Source of the DNA: Patescibacteria group bacterium
Lineage (GTDB): Bacteria > Patescibacteriota > Dojkabacteria > J137
Direction: 5' to 3'
DNA: 64,000 nucleotides
Assembly (NCBI GenBank): GCA_963169855.1
Contig: CAUJCN010000002.1
Location: forward strand, 267,288-331,287
Positions 37,866-46,970 of the stretch are shown here, piece after piece. The translations under genes were made by a program, and so were the position numbers. The notes beneath the pieces are model-generated. The model did not search any database and was not told where the DNA came from. It was given only the letters and a program-made list of their open reading frames with translations. Position 1 is the first letter of the stretch. Every line of letters begins with the position of its first letter.

Positions 37866-38551
37866 TCAAAAATATTAATATTTAAGAAGTTAGCATCGTA
37901 TTTAGCTTTAAAGAAAACAGCGTTGATATTATCGGAAAACTCTCTATCAATCAGGTCATCGTCTCCTATGTAACTTACAGATTTGAATTTAGTTTTCCCA
38001 GTACTTTTTAATAACTGATCAAAAGCAAATCGATTCGGTTTATCTACCAATACTCTATTCTTATACATATCTTCTTCTCCAATAATTATTTCGAAAAAGT
38101 TAATTAATCCTGTTTTATACAAATACGCTGAAATGATTGTTTTCCTTGATGATGAAATTATTGCCAAAACATTTTCAGTATCTTCAACCAAAGTTTCTAG
38201 AAAATCAATAATTCCATTTCCCAATCTTGCAACTGCGTTTTCAGTCTTATCTTTAAGAATTGATGTGATAGTATGGCTTTCTTTTATATCCATAATTCCT
38301 TTAGCGATACTATTAATATCGGTTGTGTTAAAGTAACTTATAAGACTCTCGAAATCTTCTCTGCTTCTTGTTATTCCAGATTGGATTCTTCTATAGCTAT
38401 CGAATCTTTCTTTAAGACCTTCTTCATAAGGAAGAAATGCATTAAGTCCTCCGTGGATATTTAATTGTTTCATTGTCTTTTCCCAACCTTGTCGGTGGTA
38501 GTCAGAACTTTTTGCGATTGTTCCATCAAAATCGAATATTATTAGGTTCAT
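37862..38551 (-). CDS. HAD-superfamily hydrolase (phosphatase)
   Basis: 'MNLIIFDFDGTIAKS' is HAD motif I (DxDGT). 'SYIGDDDLID' is a motif-IV-like element. Confidence 0.75.
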   Translation of the reverse strand: MNLIIFDFDGTIAKSSDYHRQGWEKTMKQLNIHGGLNAFLPYEEGLKERFDSYRRIQSGITRSREDFESLISYFNTTDINSIAKGIMDIKESHTITSILKDKTENAVARLGNGIIDFLETLVEDTENVLAIISSSRKTIISAYLYKTGLINFFEIIIGEEDMYKNRVLVDKPNRFAFDQLLKSTGKTKFKSVSYIGDDDLIDREFSDNINAVFFKAKYDANFLNINIFE

Positions 38552-39855
38552 ATATCTAAAATAACTGAGTCTGAATAAGCATTGGTCATTAACTTCTCAA
38601 TTCTTCTTTTCATTTTGTCGAATGTTCCGTGTTTATTTGTATAACTGTCTTTAGTATATGTACTTACATAATCTGATAAATATCCGAACAAACTATTTGC
38701 TGCCACCAAAGGATTTATTCCTCCATGATCTTTCCTTGTTAGATGATGATACCTATGACTAACCTTGAAGGTGTTACATGCAAGAAAAATTTCTTCAATA
38801 TTTTTAGGTAAGAAATTTACCAGGATATCTACGGTTCTACCAGTTGATATCGAGTCGTCAAGAATCAGTACTCCAGTTGAAGATTTCAAATGTCCTCCCT
38901 GAAAAAATGGAGAAATAGAGTACTTAATACTGTCTACATATCTACTTCCTGTATTTGAGTAATTCGATAGGTTCAAAGTTATAAAGTTAAGTTGCGATTT
39001 TCCTACAAATTCACGATACGCATTTATAATAAATGGTAGTTCTATCCCTCCGTACTCTACGCCAACCATTAGTGTGTCAGGACGAATAAATTCATTAGAA
39101 ACTTTTTTCGCTAGGTGAATCATTTTTGCAAAGTTATCCGCTTCTCTGCTCTTTCTAATTAGTTTATGTTGAATCTTTTTATTTCTTTCTACAGAAGGTA
39201 GTCTTTTAGATGTATATTCATAAACCGCTTCAATAACAGAAATAAAGTTTTCAATTCCATCTGGTAAATAAATTTTTTTAGTCAAATATGTTTTTGTAAA
39301 CGAGAATTCTATAACTCCAATTAGAGACAAAAGTTTATTATATTCATTCACTGATAAAGATTCTTCATCTATATAACCCAATTCTCTTGAGATTTGGTTT
39401 AATGCATAAAGCGAAATAAACAAGTAATTTTTTAGATTGTCCAAAAATCCTAGGTACAATATAAAGTTTTCATCTATACTAACTGACTTTAAAGTGTTTA
39501 TGTAACTTTTTAATGAGTCGAATACTTTCTCAAGCTTGATTTGATTTGCTTCTTTAACCATACCAATATAGTATTCTAAGCCCCGCAATAAGTACTTTTT
39601 ACCCAATTGAATAGTTCTATTTTTATACTTCAGACCGAAGAAGAAATCTTTAAGCACTGTATCTCCTATATACTGTAACTCTCTTTCCTGAATAACAAAT
39701 GCACCGCTGTCATAAACAAAAGAAGGGGTCTTTATTGAGTCACTTGCGGATGAGATTGAGCTTTCGATTGTTGAGTAGCGCTCTTTATAACTACTCCAAC
39801 ATACTTCAACAATTTCTGAAGGTATGTTTATTTTATGTCCTCTGATGTTTTTCAT
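38548..39855 (-). CDS. protein with C-terminal type-I phosphoribosyltransferase domain and uncharacterised ~280-aa N-terminal domain
   Basis: PRTase PRPP-binding motif 'GVLILDDSISTGRTVD' preceded by 'LMVGVEYGGIELPFI'. The N-terminal domain has no recognised motif. Confidence 0.55.
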   Translation of the reverse strand: MKNIRGHKINIPSEIVEVCWSSYKERYSTIESSISSASDSIKTPSFVYDSGAFVIQERELQYIGDTVLKDFFFGLKYKNRTIQLGKKYLLRGLEYYIGMVKEANQIKLEKVFDSLKSYINTLKSVSIDENFILYLGFLDNLKNYLFISLYALNQISRELGYIDEESLSVNEYNKLLSLIGVIEFSFTKTYLTKKIYLPDGIENFISVIEAVYEYTSKRLPSVERNKKIQHKLIRKSREADNFAKMIHLAKKVSNEFIRPDTLMVGVEYGGIELPFIINAYREFVGKSQLNFITLNLSNYSNTGSRYVDSIKYSISPFFQGGHLKSSTGVLILDDSISTGRTVDILVNFLPKNIEEIFLACNTFKVSHRYHHLTRKDHGGINPLVAANSLFGYLSDYVSTYTKDSYTNKHGTFDKMKRRIEKLMTNAYSDSVILDI

Positions 39856-39974
39856 AGGAAATATACCTTCTTATACATTTTTTGTATAAAATTTTTTATG
39901 TATTATACATGCTTTAGAAATATATGCAATACGCAAATCCTTTAAATACTGCAATTTTCGTAAATTTGGAAGAT

Positions 39975-40847
39975 TTATAAGTTGTTAGTCAAAATGTGAA
40001 GATTTTGCACAGATTGAATTACTTGGTTCGAACCAATATCAAATTCTACCCAGAAGTTTAAAACCATAACTTCTTTCACTATCTGAAAAAGCACCAAAAG
40101 CTCTTCAATATGCGAAACATTAAACAAAGTTTTCAGCTGAGAAAGCAAATCAGATTCATAAATTCCTATTTGACCAAAGTTTTTAAAAAATTGAGCAAAA
40201 TCTATGACACCTATCGAATTTACAGCATTAGCCCAATCAATTATCCTAATATCATTACCGTTGAATAAAATATTCTGATTTTCAAGATCATTATGATCTA
40301 GCACTGTAGGGAAGTTTTTGGTTTTTAAAGATTCAAATTTTCTCAGAATCCACTTCTCTTTTTGAAAAAGAGATTCAAGATTTATTTCTTCTCCATAATT
40401 CTTTAGATTTTTCAGAGGATTTTGTAACATCCAAACAATGTGTTCATCAAACTTAACGGTTTTACTTTTTAAATTGTCCTTAAAGTATTTGTACTTGTTG
40501 ACAATCCAATTGAATAACAAATTCTTAGTGTGTTCTGAATAGTATTCAGGCTCCCAAAAACCCTTACAGAACTCTATTATTAACACATTCTCATCTCCAA
40601 AGATAAACGCAGGAGTATTTAAATTATTATGACTTAGATACTTTTGATAAATTTCTACTTCTCTTTTTTGCCAACCATGAAAAAACTTAGCTATGAATTC
40701 TTGTTCTGGTATTGAGACCTTAAATGTATCAGCTGTCTTGCTAGTTTCCTGTCTGGAAAGACTAGTATTTAAAGGATTAATGTTGAATGGAATTCTTCTC
40801 TCCGTAGATAACTTCGTTAAATAGGAAAGGAATTTATCTGACTCCAT
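39975..40847 (-). CDS. kinase-like fold phosphotransferase (APH/choline-kinase family)
   Basis: 'VLDHNDLENQNILFNGNDIRIIDWANA' corresponds to the HxDxxxxN...IDxE catalytic and Mg loops. Confidence 0.6.
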   Translation of the reverse strand: MESDKFLSYLTKLSTERRIPFNINPLNTSLSRQETSKTADTFKVSIPEQEFIAKFFHGWQKREVEIYQKYLSHNNLNTPAFIFGDENVLIIEFCKGFWEPEYYSEHTKNLLFNWIVNKYKYFKDNLKSKTVKFDEHIVWMLQNPLKNLKNYGEEINLESLFQKEKWILRKFESLKTKNFPTVLDHNDLENQNILFNGNDIRIIDWANAVNSIGVIDFAQFFKNFGQIGIYESDLLSQLKTLFNVSHIEELLVLFQIVKEVMVLNFWVEFDIGSNQVIQSVQNLHILTNNL

Positions 40848-41679
40848 ATTTTTTCAATATTCTCCCGATCGGAGTTTCTCCAGCTACAGATAAATTTGTG
40901 TACTTTTCAATTAATTCATCGTACCAAGTCTGCTCTTCCCACTCTTCCACACCAGTATATTTGTTTTTTAAATATTCCAGATTACTTATGATTACATCGT
41001 AACCAGCATCGTTGCAAACTCCTGCTTCTCCATATAATCTTGTGTAATTTACTAATACTAATGGAACATGAACTATTCCTTCAGGAAAATTTCGAGCAAG
41101 CTGCAAACTATAATCGTAATCTTCAAAAAGAGATAAGCCTGTATCCCATCTTGCTTTACTTTGAGCTGTCTTTTTTAGAACCATTCCGTTGGGATCTCCT
41201 TCAAATGTATGATTCCATAGATTTGAACTATTAGGATCAGCTTTATATGAAGATTCTTCTTTTAGTAATCGAGGGATTTCATTTTCTAGGATCATAATGC
41301 TAAAGTTCATATTAGGATAAGCAATTACAGCTCTAGAATCTGATCTTAGTTTGTTTACCATTATGCTTAACCAGTTAGTCAAAACTGTATTGTCACTATC
41401 TAAATAAGAAATGTATTCTCCTGTTGCATGTTCTAATCCAAATTGCCTGGCACCGGCTGCTCCCTTTGACCCCTTATTTGTAAGATATTTAATTCGAGTA
41501 TCAATAACGAATTCTCTCATTAATTTACGAGTATCGTCTGTAGAATTATCATCAACTATAAGAAGCTCCCAATTAGTATAAGTTTGTTGTTGGACACTAA
41601 GAATTGATTTCCAAATAGAAAATGCTCTATTAAATGTAGGCATTATTATCGAAACCTTTTCATCAATTGAATCTGCCAT
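40834..41679 (-). CDS. glycosyltransferase family 2
   Basis: 'VSIIMPTFNRAFSIWKSILSVQQQTYTNWELLIVDDNSTDDT' (GT-A with DxD). Also 'YLDSDN'. Confidence 0.8.
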   Translation of the reverse strand: MADSIDEKVSIIMPTFNRAFSIWKSILSVQQQTYTNWELLIVDDNSTDDTRKLMREFVIDTRIKYLTNKGSKGAAGARQFGLEHATGEYISYLDSDNTVLTNWLSIMVNKLRSDSRAVIAYPNMNFSIMILENEIPRLLKEESSYKADPNSSNLWNHTFEGDPNGMVLKKTAQSKARWDTGLSLFEDYDYSLQLARNFPEGIVHVPLVLVNYTRLYGEAGVCNDAGYDVIISNLEYLKNKYTGVEEWEEQTWYDELIEKYTNLSVAGETPIGRILKKYGVR

Positions 41680-41721
41680 TTTTAATTTTAATCACCCTAA
41701 TTATACATTAATTGTATAAAA

Positions 41722-42420
41722 TCACATTTCTAATATTTGGATATTTCTTGGATAATATAGGTCAACGTATTTTCTTATAGGAATTCCCCTATTTTCAATT
41801 TCCTCAAGATCTGAATCATTTAGTAGACCATAAAGCGCTTCTGCGATCTCAGAATCAGAATCTGCTGTATGAACTAAATTTCTAATAAGAAGAGGTACCG
41901 TATTAGAGTATTCTTCTTCTGTCATACTTTTCAATTCCTCTTTGTCATAATATGGTAAAGGATCCATAAAAGCGCCTCGCAATCCCGTAGGGACAACTCT
42001 CACATTTCCACTATTATCTTTTTGTAAAGGCAAGCCTTTTAAGCTTTTAAGCACTTCATCTAGCTCTCTTTTAGATGAATCTGATTTTATGAGAAAGAAC
42101 ATTAAAGGGCCGTTATATTCTGCCATCATTATTGGATATTGGCGTTTTCCTCGAAACTCTCTATAAAAAATGTCTAGGATACTATTTGAATTGTAAGGAG
42201 GACTCGAAATATCTCTAAAAAAACTTTTTACTATAGTTACTTTGTTTAATTTATCCTTTATTAATTTGGGAATTTCAAGGGTTTGTAATAATACAGCATT
42301 GTTTCCGCTTAATAGACTTTCTACAACAGGAACCAAACCTTGAGATAATGCGTCTGGTTTTAAGATCATCAATCCGTAACTTTCCTCTTTTTCTTGTTCT
42401 AACTTAAGGTTTTGATCCAT
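41722..42420 (-). CDS. nucleoside-diphosphate-kinase-like protein
   Basis: 'GLMILKPDALSQGLVPVVESLL' resembles the NDK N-terminus (IKPDG..RGLVGEII). 'NLVHTADSDSEIAEAL' resembles the catalytic-His region NIIHGSDSVESAEKEI. At 232 aa it is longer than a canonical NDK. Confidence 0.4.
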   Translation of the reverse strand: MDQNLKLEQEKEESYGLMILKPDALSQGLVPVVESLLSGNNAVLLQTLEIPKLIKDKLNKVTIVKSFFRDISSPPYNSNSILDIFYREFRGKRQYPIMMAEYNGPLMFFLIKSDSSKRELDEVLKSLKGLPLQKDNSGNVRVVPTGLRGAFMDPLPYYDKEELKSMTEEEYSNTVPLLIRNLVHTADSDSEIAEALYGLLNDSDLEEIENRGIPIRKYVDLYYPRNIQILEM

Positions 42421-42550
42421 TTTATTTGGTCCTAAATATTAGCATACATATTTTACATAGAGGAATTGATTTATTTATAATAACCACAAGGTTTTTTGAC
42501 GTTTTCTCGATCTGAGTTATAATTCCTATATATCTGTTATTAAATAGGAT

Positions 42551-42958
42551 ATGAAAAAAGTAGGTAAAATCACTTATATTGCAGATTCGAAGTTTGCAAT
42601 TGCAGAAACTACAGAATTTTTAATTCTTGGTTCCGAGGTATTGGTTTGCAACGAAATCAACACTGGCGGAGAAAACGCATTCAAAATTCCAAAAGGAAAG
42701 TTGAAAGTTGTAATGCTTCAAGATGAAAACAAGTATTTGTTATCAGTAGTTTCTAAAGATAAAGCTGAAGATTCATCTGATAATCAAAGTTTAGCAAGAA
42801 CACTAAGCATTTTTGCTTCTCTATTTCCAAACAATGCTGGCGAGGTAGAAATTCCAACTGGAGAACTTGCTGATTACAGTGCGCAATTAGACGCAACAGG
42901 GAGAGAAAATATTAAGATCAATCCTAAAGTTAGCGTTGGGAACGAAATCTACTTTTAA
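42551..42958 (+). CDS. hypothetical protein
   Basis: 135-aa ORF. No motif. Its stop overlaps the start of the next ORF (ATGA at 42955-42958). Confidence 0.4.
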   Translation: MKKVGKITYIADSKFAIAETTEFLILGSEVLVCNEINTGGENAFKIPKGKLKVVMLQDENKYLLSVVSKDKAEDSSDNQSLARTLSIFASLFPNNAGEVEIPTGELADYSAQLDATGRENIKINPKVSVGNEIYF

Positions 42959-43587
42959 TGGATTTAGATATAAAGTTTCTTCCACAAGTTGAGTACTTTT
43001 TCTCAGAACTAGGAGAAACGCTCATACTATCTCTGAGTTTAATCACTTACAAACACAAGGTGAATATTCTTGGTGTAACTGTTGATTTAGAGGGCGAAAA
43101 ATTCAAAATTGCCGAATCAATCAGCTACATAAGACGCTACATCGATCCAAAGACATCAGCAAATTTGAACTTTAGAATTGGGATCTCAGATAAATCTGGA
43201 ACTATAGGAAGCTTGATTCAGGAATTTAAAGCGAAAATACTTTCAGAAAGTTCAAAAATTATTCTCAACAACCAAATTTCAGACGAAATAAAATCGAATC
43301 TGTATCTTCTGAAAGACGAATACAAAGATAAAATTCTTTCTCAAACCAAATTGATATCTGACAATATCCGAGGAAGGTTTAAAATTGATTACGATCCAAT
43401 AAAAGGATTTTTCGACAAATTTAATAAGGAAAGCATCTTTATAGAAAAGTCTTTTGTGATTCCAAACCGTGATTCAGTTGAGTTGAATGTAGACAACTTT
43501 TTGATGAATATTCTTTCTGAAATAATCTTCCAGCCAGCGAAATCCGAAAGCGTGTATCAGCATCTCACAATCCAAGTAACTAAATAG
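42958..43587 (+). CDS. hypothetical protein
   Basis: 209-aa ORF coupled to the previous one. No motif recognised. Confidence 0.4.
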   Translation: MDLDIKFLPQVEYFFSELGETLILSLSLITYKHKVNILGVTVDLEGEKFKIAESISYIRRYIDPKTSANLNFRIGISDKSGTIGSLIQEFKAKILSESSKIILNNQISDEIKSNLYLLKDEYKDKILSQTKLISDNIRGRFKIDYDPIKGFFDKFNKESIFIEKSFVIPNRDSVELNVDNFLMNILSEIIFQPAKSESVYQHLTIQVTK

Positions 43588-43589
43588 TA

Positions 43590-43613
43590 AGAGGACGGTT
43601 TTACCCGTCCTCT
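43590..43613. terminator. perfect 9-bp stem hairpin between convergent genes
   Basis: 'agaggacgg-ttttac-ccgtcctct'. The flanks are not strongly T-rich. Confidence 0.4.
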
Positions 43614-43694
43614 AGAAAAGGTCTTTGATCTAAAAATTGAAAAAAGAAGAATATATTAAGTAGTAATAATGCTATTTCATTATCGTGGAGATGA

Positions 43695-44027
43695 TTAGTA
43701 ACCTGCGTTTATGTCCTCCGCAAGCACTGATGCGATTGCCACTGCAACAACCCATATCACTACAATCCCCACCGCTGCCGCAAATATTGGCAGTAGGAAA
43801 AAGTAGTAAAGAGCGATAATGTTGAGGTGCAGGACAAACTTTATGAACTGTAGCGACTCCACGGTCACGCCGAGAGCCACAGACTGCAAGACGACTAGCA
43901 AGTTGATGCCCAAGAACAAGATGAGAGGGTTCTTGATGGGTTTGGAAAAAAATCTTCCAACCCACGCAGGTATGAAACCCCACAACCATTCGAGGATATC
44001 CAGCAAAACCATCAGCTTGTCGTTCAT
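43695..44027 (-). CDS. small integral membrane protein (3 TM) encoded in a GC-rich islet
   Basis: 110 aa. Strong SD 'ggaggt' lies 6 nt upstream of ATG 44027. Local GC is about 48% against a ~34% background. The overlapping frame 43672..43989 (Cys/Arg/Gly-rich) is rejected because it lacks an SD. Confidence 0.55.
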   Translation of the reverse strand: MNDKLMVLLDILEWLWGFIPAWVGRFFSKPIKNPLILFLGINLLVVLQSVALGVTVESLQFIKFVLHLNIIALYYFFLLPIFAAAVGIVVIWVVAVAIASVLAEDINAGY

Positions 44028-44299
44028 GGTAACCTCCTATGCTTCTTCCGGATGAAGACAGCTTCTACCCTACCGTATAGAGAAAAAGCTGCCTTCATCT
44101 TTTCAATTTTAGATTGTTAAAGACCACTTAGTTTGCTAAGCGCAGATAGCTTTTGGAGCATATCTATTGGTACATCTGGTGGCTTTTCAGCACACAAAAT
44201 GTATATACTAATTATATCATATTTGTTGCCGAATTTAAGTGTCAATAGTAATTCTTTGCCTCCATTTTCTTGACCAGATAAGGCTGCACTCAATATAAT

Positions 44300-44641
44300 A
44301 TGTTACTAAATTTTAATAACAGAACTATGGAACAGTTAGCAGAAAGCATCTTAAATACAATCACAAGTAGTGGTGTTGAATTCACATCTACGATAACTAG
44401 AACTGGTGATACTTTCGAGGTAACACTTACATGCACAGATGGTTTGCATGTAATTTTCGAAGGCATGGGCGAACCTCAAAGAGAAATTACAATCTCTTTT
44501 AATGAGTTGAGAATAATAAACAACAAAGCTACTTTTGCTCTTGAACACACTTCTCCGTTTGGAAAAGTAATTACATTTGTTCAAGTTGTTGGATTAGATA
44601 CAGAAAATCCTGAAGTTGTTTTTGCTCCAACTGAAGTTTAA
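44300..44641 (+). CDS. hypothetical small protein
   Basis: 113-aa ORF. No motif. Confidence 0.35.
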   Translation: MLLNFNNRTMEQLAESILNTITSSGVEFTSTITRTGDTFEVTLTCTDGLHVIFEGMGEPQREITISFNELRIINNKATFALEHTSPFGKVITFVQVVGLDTENPEVVFAPTEV

Positions 44642-44651
44642 GAAAATTATA

Positions 44652-45125
44652 CTAGTGGAAGGAAATTTCTCTTCCTTCCGATCTTTCTATCAAAGCTTCA
44701 AGTTTTGGACCGACTTTTCTTTTGAAAGCTTCATAAGTTGGAGAAGCACCTAATGTTTGATCAAATGGAATGTTTGGGACAGACTCTGCAGAAATACTAA
44801 ACAAGAAATCCCTCATATTGGGATTGTTAGTTATCATTAGATTTGCGATCCAACCGCCTTTATAAAATTTTCCTTTATCGCCTGGGTGTCTAAGCTCTAC
44901 TCCAAAGACAGATGCAAACTCTGAAGCATCACCTTCGTAAAGTATGTGCTGGTCTAAGAAAGCAATATCAAATCCAAAAGGATCTTCAAGAAGGGAAAAT
45001 TCATGCGAGCTTCTAACTTGAGTAACATTTAAATCGCGCTGAGGAACACTAAGTAGTTCGGACAGATACCTTTGAATCAACAAAGGTTTAATCTCTCCGT
45101 CTTCAACTATTAACACTTTTATCAT
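44652..45125 (-). CDS. hypothetical protein with degenerate receiver-like N-terminus
   Basis: 157 aa. 'MIKVLIVEDGEI...FDIAFLDQHI' recalls the start of a REC domain, but the rest does not match. Confidence 0.35.
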   Translation of the reverse strand: MIKVLIVEDGEIKPLLIQRYLSELLSVPQRDLNVTQVRSSHEFSLLEDPFGFDIAFLDQHILYEGDASEFASVFGVELRHPGDKGKFYKGGWIANLMITNNPNMRDFLFSISAESVPNIPFDQTLGASPTYEAFKRKVGPKLEALIERSEGREISFH

Positions 45126-45143
45126 TGCCTATGTTTTAAATAC

Positions 45144-45201
45144 TACCGACAGGACTCGAACCTGCACAGAATTGCTCCCACTACCACCTCAATCCTTGTA
45201 A
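45144..45201 (-). pseudogene. tRNA 3'-fragment (anticodon-loop-to-3'-end homolog of tRNA-Leu), abutting the 3' end of tRNA-Leu(GAG)
   Basis: Minus strand reads 'ATTGAGGT-GGTAG-TGGGAGCAATTCTG-TGCAGGTTCGAGTCCTGT-CGGTAGTA'. Its T-arm (18 nt) is identical to that of the adjacent tRNA. It is too short (61 nt from the preceding tRNA end) to be a complete tRNA. Confidence 0.5.
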
Positions 45202-45287
45202 TGCTGCGAACAGGACTCGAACCTGCACAGGATTTAATTCCCACAACGACCTCAACGTTGCGCGTATACCAGTTCCGCCATCGCAGC
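45202..45287 (-). tRNA. tRNA-Leu (anticodon GAG), type II
   Basis: Minus strand reads GCTGCGA-TG-GCG-GAACTGGTATA-CGC-G-CAACG-TTGAGGT-CGTTG-(17-nt variable arm)-GCAGGTTCGAGTCCTGT-TCGCAGC-A. Seven-bp acceptor stem, U33, anticodon GAG. No CCA is encoded. Confidence 0.7.
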
Positions 45288-45483
45288 ATTACAAGGACAG
45301 GGTCCGCTTGTATGCCACTTCTCTACCTGTCTCTGACAGGCGCCACGGCAGCATAGATCTATAATGAATTATACTATATGCCAATACAAATCTAAGCATT
45401 TTACTTAACCCTTCTGTAAAAGGGCTTTAAAAATTCACTCAAATACTGTAAAATCCATATGCTTACTTAAGTGAAGGATTGGC

Positions 45484-45560
45484 GGAGTGGTAGCTCAACT
45501 GGTTAGAGCATTCGCCTGTCACGCGAAAGGTTGAGGGTTCGAGTCCCTTCCATTCCGCCA
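45484..45560 (+). tRNA. tRNA-Asp (anticodon GUC), CCA encoded
   Basis: GGAGTGG-TA-GCTC-AACTGGTTA-GAGC-A-TTCGC-CTGTCAC-GCGAA-AGGTT-GAGGGTTCGAGTCCCTT-CCATTCC-G-CCA. Classic D-arm, anticodon GTC. Confidence 0.8.
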
Positions 45561-45591
45561 ATTCTTTACTAGATTGTATTCTCAGAAGAAT

Positions 45592-46845
45592 TTAAATTTC
45601 AGCAGTTGCATTAATCTTGTTTACAAGCCTTATCACAGTTTCTGTTGTAAGCTGATCTATATCGTAATCATCGGCAACTCCCATAGCTTTTGGATTTAAA
45701 CTCGGACCTGAATTAGCTTCGAGGAAGTACCAAGTTCCATCTACATGTTGCATGAAATCAATTCCCAAAATTGGATACATGTATCTTAATCTATGCGCTA
45801 CTTTTTTAACCACCTCTCTTACTAGTTCTGGAACTCTAGGTTCTTTTAAATCGATGCCATGAGCAGTCAATACAGATTGATAATTAAGATTTTGAAAGTT
45901 ATCCGTCTCTTCTGGATTTATATACATGCTTTCGATGATTGTAACTTCACCGCCCTGGATTCTGTTGGACAAGAACTTCCTTCTTGGAATGTAAAGTGGA
46001 CTTCGAGGATCGTGAAGTCTTTTGGACATTTCTGCGCTATTATCTGATCCCCAACTCACAGTTTTCCATTCTGTTTCTGTATCTTCAAATTCCTGATACT
46101 TTGTTGCATGAATTTGCCCATAGTGCACATCTCCGAGAACATCAACAACAACTCTAAGAGTTGTATTAAACCGATCTGCAGGACCTTCAATATATTCTTC
46201 CACTCTTGTAACCTCCCTAATCGTTGTACTATCCAAAGCTTCTTTAGGTTTAAGTCCACCTCTTTCAACTTCATCTCGATATATTTTCATTGTTTTTTGA
46301 TTAAGCCACATATGATCTCCCATTGTTACTCCATCCCACTTGCTCATTGCAGAGATTATACTTTCTCGCTTTTTCGCCACTAACTCTAGCAATTCAGGAT
46401 GCCGAGGATCTGTATAACTTGTTAAAGTTTGGCCAAGAGAATCCCAAATTAAATATCTCATCATTTCTTCGTATGATTTCACTACTACTTTTCCATATCC
46501 ACCATTTGCATTTACATTCTTAAGAATAATTGGCTTTTGTGGAAATAGGCCGGGATTTAGAATAAGTTTCTGCAGATCATAAGTTTTTGGCATCTGGACA
46601 CCCAGCTCTTTAATAGCTATACAAAGATCTCTGTGATGTTCTCCTAGTCTTTCTGATCCGTAAGCATTAAGAACATCACTGTGAAACCCAAATTCTCCAA
46701 AAGTGGACTCTGCCTTACCATCCTGTACTCGATGTACAACATTTAAACCCATTGAAGATCTTGTTTGCGCAAAATATCTGTCTGGACTTTGCTTTAATTC
46801 ATCAGTAGGTTTTACTTTTTCAGCTTGCGCATTAAAAATAACCAT
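45592..46845 (-). CDS. ATP-grasp-like domain protein
   Basis: 417 aa. C-terminal 'YPILGIDFMQHVDGTWYFLEANSGPSLNP' resembles the ATP-grasp catalytic loop (RimK/GshB-like). The rest is uncharacterised. Confidence 0.4.
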   Translation of the reverse strand: MVIFNAQAEKVKPTDELKQSPDRYFAQTRSSMGLNVVHRVQDGKAESTFGEFGFHSDVLNAYGSERLGEHHRDLCIAIKELGVQMPKTYDLQKLILNPGLFPQKPIILKNVNANGGYGKVVVKSYEEMMRYLIWDSLGQTLTSYTDPRHPELLELVAKKRESIISAMSKWDGVTMGDHMWLNQKTMKIYRDEVERGGLKPKEALDSTTIREVTRVEEYIEGPADRFNTTLRVVVDVLGDVHYGQIHATKYQEFEDTETEWKTVSWGSDNSAEMSKRLHDPRSPLYIPRRKFLSNRIQGGEVTIIESMYINPEETDNFQNLNYQSVLTAHGIDLKEPRVPELVREVVKKVAHRLRYMYPILGIDFMQHVDGTWYFLEANSGPSLNPKAMGVADDYDIDQLTTETVIRLVNKINATAEI

Positions 46846-46970
46846 ATAGCTTTCAATATATCGTGATTATAGCATGCTCAGTAATTAGTATGATTGTTTT
46901 AGTTTCAATACTTGCTCAAACCATCTCAATCCGCTAACATCTATTTAGTAATACTTTTAAAGATTCTCAT

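Noticed and set aside
43672-43989. 105-aa Cys/Arg/Gly-rich overlapping frame in the GC-rich islet.
   Set aside because: It has no RBS and its composition is an artefact of high local GC. The overlapping 110-aa 3-TM frame has a perfect SD and coherent TM helices.
42551-45360. Integrated prophage or ICE next to tRNA-Leu(GAG).
   Set aside because: No integrase, recombinase, terminase or capsid-like ORFs are present. There are only short ORFans and a tRNA fragment, so at most a degraded remnant remains.
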